Source: an uncultured virus (IMG/VR IMGVR_UViG_3300036766_000639)
Taxonomy: Duplodnaviria > Heunggongvirae > Uroviricota > Caudoviricetes
DNA length: 20,000 bases
Virus record (IMG/VR): IMGVR_UViG_3300036766_000639
Strand: one strand, 5' to 3'
Positions within the stretch are counted from its first letter, which is position 1. Every line of letters begins with the position of its first letter. The notes beneath the pieces were generated by a model. That model worked only from the letters and a program-made list of their open reading frames with translations. It was not told where the DNA came from and searched no databases. This document shows positions 7,941 through 15,149 of this stretch, piece after piece. Both the position numbers and the translations under genes were made by a program.

Positions 7941-7945
7941 GCGGC

Positions 7946-8935
7946 CTAGTCTAGGCACCCAAACGGCGACTTGGACAGAACCTCTGGACATTTTGGCTGC
8001 TCTCCAGGCTTCCCGCCTTCGTCGATGTTCGAGTAGTAGTCGGACATGTCAGCCGCGTACTTGTCCATCTGCTTTCGCAGCTCTGGCGTGTCGTTGATCC
8101 GGTCGATGTAATCGCGCTGATCGGTCTCGGTCGGCTTGTAAATGTGATGGCTCCACTCGGCCCACTTGTGCTGGTTTGGCGTACGAAACTGGACCTCCTT
8201 CGCCAAGCCATCATCGTCAGTGAACTCCGCATGGATCGATCTGTACCCATCTGAGCGCCCGCGCGTGAGCATGTCCTCGGATGAGAGAATGCGGTCGCCG
8301 TACTTGTCCTGGAACTTCTTGAACATCTCGCGCACGCCGTTGTTGTCCTCGGCCAGGACACGCGCGCCGGTCAGATCCTTGAGCTTGTCGGCACGATTCA
8401 GGTGCGGTCGGCTCATGTCGAATTTGCCGCCTGGGAGCGGCTTGTGGTGCTTTCTGCTGAGCTTGCCGAGCACGCTCGACAGCGTCTTGATTCGCCCGGA
8501 CACCCGATGGTAGCAGCCCTTCTCCTTGCCATTCACCATCTTGCACGGACCACCGAGCGTCTCCGGGGCGCCCTTTGGCACAATCTCTCTGAGAACACCG
8601 AGCATTCTATCCAAGGATGCAGCGTGGCGACCGATCTGGCGCTTGGCGACCTCAATGTGCTTTCCGAAAGACAGGCTGCTGTCGAGATTGCCCATCAGCC
8701 AGTCGTGCCTCAAATCGCGCACGGCGCTCTTGAGGTTGCCGCGCTCCTTCGCTGCGCGCTTGACGGCCTCCTCGTCATCGCGGACCTGTCCGCCGCCGCC
8801 CTGGCCAGCCTTGTATCTGACCCAGGAGCCGGTGCCGACCTTGATGCGTTTTCCGTCGCCCCACGGCCTGACCGTGCCAGGCTTGAACGTCATCTCGGAC
8901 AGCACTGCTTCGCTCAACTCTTGCGAGAACGTCAC
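7946..8935 (-). CDS. RelA/SpoT-family small alarmone synthetase (monofunctional SAS) with an N-terminal extension (329 aa)
   Basis: Start reassigned to GTG 8935 (SD GGAGG; GTGA overlap). Synthetase motifs: GRIKTLSSVLGK, DLTGARV, GYRSIH, EVQFRT...WAEWSH.IYK. No HD hydrolase domain. Confidence 0.9.
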   Translation of the reverse strand: MTFSQELSEAVLSEMTFKPGTVRPWGDGKRIKVGTGSWVRYKAGQGGGGQVRDDEEAVKRAAKERGNLKSAVRDLRHDWLMGNLDSSLSFGKHIEVAKRQIGRHAASLDRMLGVLREIVPKGAPETLGGPCKMVNGKEKGCYHRVSGRIKTLSSVLGKLSRKHHKPLPGGKFDMSRPHLNRADKLKDLTGARVLAEDNNGVREMFKKFQDKYGDRILSSEDMLTRGRSDGYRSIHAEFTDDDGLAKEVQFRTPNQHKWAEWSHHIYKPTETDQRDYIDRINDTPELRKQMDKYAADMSDYYSNIDEGGKPGEQPKCPEVLSKSPFGCLD

Positions 8936-9708
8936 GCTGCCTCCGGCCATTTCGCGGCAAGTTTGCCTACAGTAACTTGTAACCTGGCAGCCGTTTCCCG
9001 GTCCAGTTTCCAGCCCGTCAACGCCTTGGCGAATGCGTCCTTGAACCGCGACACCGAGAACTTCCCGCCCCATGTCTCGTGGTCGGCTGTCGAGAAGCTC
9101 CGAACCCAGATCCTCTCCGCCAGGGCCTCTAGCAACCCCGTGACTGATATGGCGCGCGATGGGTTCACCTCTAAGGCGTCGCGGTCCTGCAAATACAAGG
9201 CGAATGTCGGGCTATCCCCGGTCAGCTCGGCGCCGAGCTGCACAATGCCGAGGCCGACATCGCTCATCTCATCCGCGACGCGCTTCAGCGCAGCAAGCGT
9301 CGGCCGCAGCTCATCATCCTTGTAGCCCCAGACATTGACCACCTCGAACCCGGCCACGGACAGCTCGGCGCTCGTGTTGCCGATGCCGTCCCGCACGGCT
9401 TCCAGCACGTCGGCGACCACTTCGGCCAGAGCCCGGATCTTCTCAGACGCCGGGCGCTGTGACAGCGACGACATGAGCATGTTGTGAGCCGCCCGGCGTA
9501 GGCGTCCGCGTAGTTTGGACACCTCTGGCCGCGAGCCATGCAGGGCCTCGGCGATCGGCTTCACCAGCTCAGACAACTGCTTGAGTCTGAATCGACTGGT
9601 GCCGACAACCGACACCGCGACCGCCGTTTGCTCCAGCTCTGTGCGCGCGCTTTCGATATTGCGCGGCAAGAGCGGGTCACCGGCGACGCGAAGCAGGTTC
9701 GTAGGCAT
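8932..9708 (-). CDS. hypothetical protein, C-terminal half possibly a degenerate zincin-like fold (258 aa)
   Basis: Tightly packed ORF. The segment ALYLQDRDALEVN...GLLEALAERIW resembles HExxH-region architecture but lacks the His residues. Confidence 0.7.
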   Translation of the reverse strand: MPTNLLRVAGDPLLPRNIESARTELEQTAVAVSVVGTSRFRLKQLSELVKPIAEALHGSRPEVSKLRGRLRRAAHNMLMSSLSQRPASEKIRALAEVVADVLEAVRDGIGNTSAELSVAGFEVVNVWGYKDDELRPTLAALKRVADEMSDVGLGIVQLGAELTGDSPTFALYLQDRDALEVNPSRAISVTGLLEALAERIWVRSFSTADHETWGGKFSVSRFKDAFAKALTGWKLDRETAARLQVTVGKLAAKWPEAA

Positions 9709-9711
9709 GGT

Positions 9712-10041
9712 TCAAAGGTTTGAGGCCAAAAATGCCGCGAGCGCCTCTCGGGCAGCCTTCGGATCCGTCTTGCCCTTCGCCTCGATGACGTCGAGCTGCT
9801 TGTTGGTGTCTTCGGCCTGGGTCCGGATACGGGCCTTCTCGACCTCGCCCTCCAAATGCACGCGCTCGACCTGTTCGCGGGCGCGCTCGATGAGCTTCGG
9901 CGACACGGTCACCGGCTGAGCGTCTGGCGCACGTGGGCCGAACACGCGCCAGAGCGCGACGCCTACGACGCCAGCGCCGAGCGCGAGCGCCCACCACCAT
10001 CGCCTGATGAACCGCCAGGCCGCCTGAGCCTGCTTCTTCAT
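9712..10041 (-). CDS. N-terminally anchored membrane coiled-coil protein (i-spanin-like, 109 aa)
   Basis: Start reassigned to ATG 10041 (ATGA overlap): MKKQAQAAWRFIRRWWWALALGAGVVGVALW followed by a charged helical region. Confidence 0.65.
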   Translation of the reverse strand: MKKQAQAAWRFIRRWWWALALGAGVVGVALWRVFGPRAPDAQPVTVSPKLIERAREQVERVHLEGEVEKARIRTQAEDTNKQLDVIEAKGKTDPKAAREALAAFLASNL

Positions 10042-10214
10042 CCCTCGACCAGACGCTGACGACGATCGCCGCCTGACATGTCGTCGGTCAGCATTTCCCG
10101 GCCTTGACTGTCTTTGATGTTCGACTGGCCGCACTCCTGGCAGACCACCTTGACCTTCCCGTCCAGAAGACCCTCGGTCAGCACGTGTTTGGACCCGCAC
10201 TTGTCGCACTGCAT
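10038..10214 (-). CDS. small zinc-ribbon protein (58 aa)
   Basis: Below the track cutoff; translated by hand: MQCDKCGSKHVLTEGLLDGKVKVVCQECGQSNIKDSQGREMLTDDMSGGDRRQRLVEG*. Has two CxxCG knuckles, an upstream GGAG, and a stop overlapping the next ATG. Confidence 0.8.
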   Translation of the reverse strand: MQCDKCGSKHVLTEGLLDGKVKVVCQECGQSNIKDSQGREMLTDDMSGGDRRQRLVEG

Positions 10215-10217
10215 CGG

Positions 10218-11189
10218 TCAATCTCCTGGCAGGTCGTCTGGCACCCACCGGTTGTGTTTCTGTCCCGGAGCCCAGTCTCGCGCGCCGGAGAGTTTCACGC
10301 CACCCTCCTCGTTGGACTCCTCGTCGTCAGATTCATCGTCATCGTCCGCCTCGGGCTCGTCGGCACTCGTCTGCCCCCCGTCACGGGTGACGGCCAATAT
10401 GGCAGCCAGCTCGTCGTCCGACATGTCGCCCAAGCCTTCGAGCTTGGTCATCACGTGCTCGATGATGCGCTCGACCACCTCCTCTACCGCGGCGTCATCG
10501 TTCTCGTAGATGGGCCAGCCGCGCATCATCACGTGCGCGAACAGCGCCGCCCTGGCCGCGCTCTTGAGCAGGGTTTCGGCCACAAAGTGAGTGCCGAGCG
10601 CCACCGCTGTGACGTGCCCGATCCCGCCGAGCGCAATGGTCCCGGCGATCGTCGTGCCAATGGCCTTGGCGGCGCCCTTGAGCGCATGCTTGTCGTGCTT
10701 GCTGAGCTTCTGCCTGAGCGCGAGCTTCTTGAGCGCGTGGCCAGCGTCCTTCATCTCGCGAACCTCAGACACCACGGACTTCGTGGCATCGAGGCTCTTG
10801 CGCTTCAGAGCCGCGGCCATAGCGTGCCCTGTCTTGGCGCGAAAATCGCGATCGGTTGCCAGCTTGCGGGCGTCGGCTGGAAACCCCTTGATCTTGGCGA
10901 GAAGCCCCTTGGCAATCGCCGGAGCCTTGGCCAGGGCGGACTTCGCCTTGTCAGCGATGCTCGTTGGCTCGGCGACCTCATCGTCCGCGTCGTCCGCGTC
11001 CTTTTCAGGCTCTGCGCCCGATTCGGGCCCGCCACCGGCGCCAGGCGTCGCAGACTTGCCGGTGGCCTTGTCGATCCATCCCTTGGCCGTTTTGATGACA
11101 GTTCCCTGGGACCACTTGCGCTCGGTTCCAATTTTGAACCCGCGCTCGTGCAGCGCCCCCTCCAGCTCTGCCGCGGTAGTCCGGATCAT
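10218..11189 (-). CDS. putative head-packaged protein with shared N-terminal module, basic helices, hydrophobic segment and acidic tail (323 aa)
   Basis: Start reassigned to ATG 11189 (ATGA overlap; SD GAGGG). Begins MIRTTAAELEGALHERGFKIGTERKW. Hydrophobic stretch AIGTTIAGTIALGGIGHVTAVALG, then a D/E-rich C-terminus. Confidence 0.75.
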   Translation of the reverse strand: MIRTTAAELEGALHERGFKIGTERKWSQGTVIKTAKGWIDKATGKSATPGAGGGPESGAEPEKDADDADDEVAEPTSIADKAKSALAKAPAIAKGLLAKIKGFPADARKLATDRDFRAKTGHAMAAALKRKSLDATKSVVSEVREMKDAGHALKKLALRQKLSKHDKHALKGAAKAIGTTIAGTIALGGIGHVTAVALGTHFVAETLLKSAARAALFAHVMMRGWPIYENDDAAVEEVVERIIEHVMTKLEGLGDMSDDELAAILAVTRDGGQTSADEPEADDDDESDDEESNEEGGVKLSGARDWAPGQKHNRWVPDDLPGD

Positions 11190-12124
11190 GTGCCCTCTCG
11201 CTCGGCGGTCACCGGCGACCTCTCCAGCTCGCGCGCAATGTCCTTGCGCTTCAGCTCTCCTGGGTGGCCGGACTTCGTCTGGAAGTACCGCCTGAACAAG
11301 ATGTCGGCCATCTCGGTGCCGCTCACGCGACGCATGTAGATGTAGAACATGAGTGCGGCGTCGTCCGGCGCGGACTGCAAGTGCTTGTGCGCCCTCGGAG
11401 AGAACTGCCTGAGCTTGGCGAGCCACCTGTGGAAAGCGTCGCGCGGCTTGTTCGCGATACGATCCTGCGCGTCTGGCATGTCCTTGCCGCCGACCATCTT
11501 CGGCAGGTCCTCTTGCGGGATCATGTCGATGATCTTGCGAGCCGAGCGAAGCAAGGCGTCGCCAGCGGACACGATGCCGGTCTCCTTCTTGAGGAGATCG
11601 AGCACCTTGCTGGAGACCTTGAACGCGCCCCGCTTGGTTTGCTTTTCGTCGCCAGGGAATGCCAGCGCCGGGTCTTCTCGGCCCTCGCTCAACCCGTCTC
11701 CGACTTTCACTTCCTGCACCGGCATCCCGTATCCGTGATCCTTGCTCGACGTACTGGGCTTGCCGAGCTGAGGCTCGCCGGGCCCGCGCCTGCTGAAGCC
11801 CGCGACGATGCGGGCCAGATCCTCATCCGGGACGTTCGCGATCACTGCGCTGGCGGCGCGACCACGGGAGTCGAAGTAGACAATCGCCTCCGATCCGTCG
11901 GCCTTGTCGAACTTGTGCCGAGCAGGCGTGTTGGCGAGCACGAACCGCTCGGCCTTGGCACGCCATTCAGGATCATCTTGCTGGACACCGATCACACTGG
12001 ATCCGCGCTCAAACTCCGGGTGACCAGGCGCTTCTTCTGATACGGTTCTGGCTTTCAAAGGCATCGGACTGCCTGAAAAGCCCGACGGATCGATATAGCC
12101 CATCAAATTGGCGAAGCGACTCAT
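11186..12124 (-). CDS. two-module hypothetical protein (312 aa)
   Basis: ATGA-coupled on both sides. Two compact regions are separated by a low-complexity linker ending in GLSEG. Confidence 0.75.
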   Translation of the reverse strand: MSRFANLMGYIDPSGFSGSPMPLKARTVSEEAPGHPEFERGSSVIGVQQDDPEWRAKAERFVLANTPARHKFDKADGSEAIVYFDSRGRAASAVIANVPDEDLARIVAGFSRRGPGEPQLGKPSTSSKDHGYGMPVQEVKVGDGLSEGREDPALAFPGDEKQTKRGAFKVSSKVLDLLKKETGIVSAGDALLRSARKIIDMIPQEDLPKMVGGKDMPDAQDRIANKPRDAFHRWLAKLRQFSPRAHKHLQSAPDDAALMFYIYMRRVSGTEMADILFRRYFQTKSGHPGELKRKDIARELERSPVTAEREGT

Positions 12125-13455
12125 CGCGGTCTCCTTTGCGCAGCGCGGACCATGGTATCAGCTCTCGCCTGTGGTGGCTTGCGTCCCAGGGGGCGCCGAC
12201 GAATCACAGGGCCATCGGCATAGCTCTGGTACCGGCCGGATTCCGAATCGGCCGGAGAAGCCGACGGGCTGATTCCCACGCCGTGCGCGGTATCGGCCTG
12301 TATGACAACCTCGGCCACTGCCTGCGTCTTCGCTCGGTCGCGGCCGGACGTTCGAGACTGAACATCTTCCAGTGGAACCAGGAGGACTTCGTCCTGGTAC
12401 TTCACCTTCAACGCCGATCCGGGAGACCTCGGTTTGTACGGCGTGAGCATGGACGCGCTCGTGGAGCCCTTGGGAACAGCCGCCCACTGATAGGGGATCA
12501 CGTCGAACTTGATGTACTCGACCGTGACCTCGGGCGGCCCATCGAACGCAGCGAGCGTGTGGATATGCCATCCCTTGCCAGGGTGCATGACCACGGCCCG
12601 CGACGTCCGGACAACAACCTGATCGCCCTTGCGGAGAGTCCGGCTGTCCTCGTTCGATAGCCGCTCCAAGAATGCCGCAAGCCGATCGGATTCCATCAGA
12701 ACGCGCCCGAGCCTCTCGGCCCACTCTTTCTTCCCCGAGCCAATGCTGGGGTCCGTGAGGCTGCGCTTCTCGACGCCCGGATGAGCGTTCACCAGGTCGA
12801 GCAGCGGCCTGATCGGAATGCCAACGCGGATGACGTTCATCTCCTCGTCCGCTCCAACGGCGAGCAGAGCAGCCCACCGATGATGTCCATCGACGATGTA
12901 GCCATCCTTGCTAATGACGATCGCGTTCTTGATGCCGTCGAACTTGCCGTCGAGGTACGCGCCAGCCATGCCAATCGTTTTTTCGGCCTGAATCTCCTCT
13001 TGGCTGGCCTTGAGCTGGCCGACCTTGACCTTGCCCTCGGTGATGCGAACACCGCTCGCCTTGAGCTTGCCCAGGAAGTCATCGCGGACCTTGTTGTCCG
13101 GGAACTGCGGCATCTTGTCGCGCGTGATGCCAAGGTTGTCGTGACACACCGGAGGGTTGATCTTGCAGAGGTCGGCGGACTTATCGATCCCTCTCTCGAC
13201 GGCCTTGGCGAGCTTCTCGTGGCCTGGGCCGGTGAGCTTCAGCTTGTACTTTTCGATGACGGTCGCCGCCTGCGTCTTCGGCTCCGCTGGCTTCTCAGCC
13301 GCCTTCGTCTTCGGCTCCCCTGGCTTCTCGGACGCGGCCTTGTCTACCGGCTTCCACTTCGAGCCCGCCCAGACGTAATCACGTCCCCAGAACACCCTGC
13401 GGTCGCCCGTCTTGGCGTCTCTCTCCAGCAATGCTGTCACGACGTTGCGGATCAT
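12121..13455 (-). CDS. ParB/Sulfiredoxin N-terminal-domain protein with shared N-terminal module and SH3-like C-terminal region (444 aa)
   Basis: VKVGQLKASQEEI...AIVISKDGYIVDGHHRWAA is the ParB/Srx DGHHR signature. ATGA-coupled on both sides. Confidence 0.85.
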   Translation of the reverse strand: MIRNVVTALLERDAKTGDRRVFWGRDYVWAGSKWKPVDKAASEKPGEPKTKAAEKPAEPKTQAATVIEKYKLKLTGPGHEKLAKAVERGIDKSADLCKINPPVCHDNLGITRDKMPQFPDNKVRDDFLGKLKASGVRITEGKVKVGQLKASQEEIQAEKTIGMAGAYLDGKFDGIKNAIVISKDGYIVDGHHRWAALLAVGADEEMNVIRVGIPIRPLLDLVNAHPGVEKRSLTDPSIGSGKKEWAERLGRVLMESDRLAAFLERLSNEDSRTLRKGDQVVVRTSRAVVMHPGKGWHIHTLAAFDGPPEVTVEYIKFDVIPYQWAAVPKGSTSASMLTPYKPRSPGSALKVKYQDEVLLVPLEDVQSRTSGRDRAKTQAVAEVVIQADTAHGVGISPSASPADSESGRYQSYADGPVIRRRPLGRKPPQARADTMVRAAQRRPR

Positions 13456-13700
13456 TGCCCAGCCTTTGAAGCGGCCGAGGCCGCGTACAGAAACTCTACA
13501 ACACCCGGCGACCCGTGCGCTTCGAGATAAAAGCGCAACGCTTTCCCAAACACCTCTCCAGGCGAGATGCCCTCGGCGGCGGCCTGCCTCACAAGCGTCT
13601 GCCAGGTGACGCCTGTGATCAGGAGCATCATCACCTCGTCGGCGCCTTCAAGCAGACCAGGCGGAATGTCGTTGGCAGCTGTTGCGTGCGCCCTGGCCAT
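13452..13700 (-). CDS. small protein, possible ribbon-helix-helix (82 aa)
   Basis: Short strand MMLLIT followed by helices WQTLVRQAAAEGISPGEVFGKALRFYL, an RHH-like pattern. The stop overlaps the next ATG. Confidence 0.6.
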   Translation of the reverse strand: MARAHATAANDIPPGLLEGADEVMMLLITGVTWQTLVRQAAAEGISPGEVFGKALRFYLEAHGSPGVVEFLYAASAASKAGQ

Positions 13701-13702
13701 AC

Positions 13703-14503
13703 TCAGAATCCGCCGATTCTTTTCTCCAGGATTTCGCCAGTCTGACCGCTGAACACCGCCAACGAGGTCACCTCAGACGCTCCGAGCATGTCGCCTCGAC
13801 TATGGAAGCGCACCGAGCTTCCCTGCTGTACGACCTCGGCGAACTCCAGCGCGACCTCAACGATGCGCGGCTTGCCGTTCGGGAACCACGCCTCGTAGGT
13901 CACTTCGCATCCAGTCATGACTGTCACGAGGCCCTCGGAGCCGTCATGCGACAGCCCGCTGTTCTCGAACACGAGCATGGCTTTCGGCGGCTCGCTTACG
14001 CGCACGCTGCCTTCGCGGTAGAGCGGGTACGTGAAGTACCGCAGCCACTTGACGGCTGCTTCGATGGGCGGCTCGCGAGCCGGGTCGCCTTCCCTTGGCC
14101 CAAGCCCAACGGCACTTGCCGCCGACTTCAAAAACCCGCCGAGGTTCGTGGTCTTCGAGTCGTCGGGCTCATGATCGCGCGCGAACACGGCCGTGAAACT
14201 CAGGCGACGCTCGCCGCCATGCGTCCACTGATAGATGGGATGCGACCCGCCGGGAATGTTGCGCGGGTTCCATTCGCTCGATCGACTGTCGGTCAACGAT
14301 TCGGGCCAATACTGGAGCGCGATCTTAGTCGCGTTTCCACCGGCGGCGGCGCGTGCCGCAGCATCGGTGCCACCCCTGTTTGATGCCCATGGGACGATCT
14401 CGTCATCTGCCGTGTCGATAGCCCAAAGGTAGACCTGCTTCAGCCTCGGCAATGGCTGAAGGCCGGTGATCGACGAGACGATGCTTGTTGGAAGCGCTGG
14501 CAC
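13703..14503 (-). CDS. contractile-tail tube-initiator / CIS-tube-like baseplate protein (266 aa)
   Basis: LQYWPESLTDSRSSEW...IPGGSHPIYQWTHGGERRLSFTAVF...EPPKAMLVF...VMTGCEVTYEAWFPNGKPRIVEVALEFAE follows the CIS tube/tube-initiator pattern. Confidence 0.8.
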   Translation of the reverse strand: MPALPTSIVSSITGLQPLPRLKQVYLWAIDTADDEIVPWASNRGGTDAAARAAAGGNATKIALQYWPESLTDSRSSEWNPRNIPGGSHPIYQWTHGGERRLSFTAVFARDHEPDDSKTTNLGGFLKSAASAVGLGPREGDPAREPPIEAAVKWLRYFTYPLYREGSVRVSEPPKAMLVFENSGLSHDGSEGLVTVMTGCEVTYEAWFPNGKPRIVEVALEFAEVVQQGSSVRFHSRGDMLGASEVTSLAVFSGQTGEILEKRIGGF

Positions 14504-14513
14504 TATTTACCAA

Positions 14514-15140
14514 TCATCGGTTATCGACGATCGCGTTGACGCTCTCCACCGTGGTTGCCGCCGCCACCTGCGCCTTCAGCGCAGCTCCGCCATCGCGGAT
14601 TGCGCGGATTGCGGTCACGGCCGCAGCATGGAACTCCTCCACCGCCGCCGCGTCTTCCAGCGATACGGAATCGAGATCGTTCTTCACGAAGAAGACGACC
14701 GGATACGCGAAACTTGGCGCATTTCTGCTGTTGAATGCACCGGTGATGTTCAGCTGCGACACCTCGGACAGACCAAACAGCTTGCCGCTTGCAGGAGGGT
14801 ACTCGAAGCCACCAGCGGCAATCAGCGCGACAGTTTTTTGTCTGATGTCGGCTAGCTTTTGGGTTTGGGCCTTAACAAAAGGCACGCCCGCGCCAGCGTG
14901 CGCAGCAATGATCTGATCTAGGACAACCAGGTCCGCTTCAGAAATCCCTACAGCAAACACAAACTGCGCCACAGCAGACTGTGTCTGGCCAACTACACCA
15001 ATAGTAGGCTGCTGAGACAGCGCCGAAGCGGCTACTTCATTCATCAACGATGATGAGTCGAACGCTCCGTTAGCAGCTTGCGCATCCCCATAGCCGATAT
15101 GGGTAGTTCCGATCCTTTGATCTGGTCTTGGGCCTGGCAT
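14514..15140 (-). CDS. DUF4376-like tail-fibre-associated protein (208 aa)
   Basis: Directly follows the fibre gene. C-terminal pattern IAAGGFEY...SQLNITG...ALKAQVAAATTVESVNAI. Confidence 0.65.
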   Translation of the reverse strand: MPGPRPDQRIGTTHIGYGDAQAANGAFDSSSLMNEVAASALSQQPTIGVVGQTQSAVAQFVFAVGISEADLVVLDQIIAAHAGAGVPFVKAQTQKLADIRQKTVALIAAGGFEYPPASGKLFGLSEVSQLNITGAFNSRNAPSFAYPVVFFVKNDLDSVSLEDAAAVEEFHAAAVTAIRAIRDGGAALKAQVAAATTVESVNAIVDNR

Positions 15141-15149
15141 GTTCAGTTC

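Noticed and set aside
2026..11426. ORF-track starts at 3456, 6370, 6810, 9073, 10248 and 11426
   Set aside because: These extensions overlap neighbouring genes. Downstream starts with an SD or ATGA/GTGA coupling (3222, 6253, 7233, 8935, 10041, 11189) fit much better.
12121..13700. ParABS partition cassette (RHH + ParB)
   Set aside because: No ParA ATPase, no ParB HTH and no parS-like repeats were seen.
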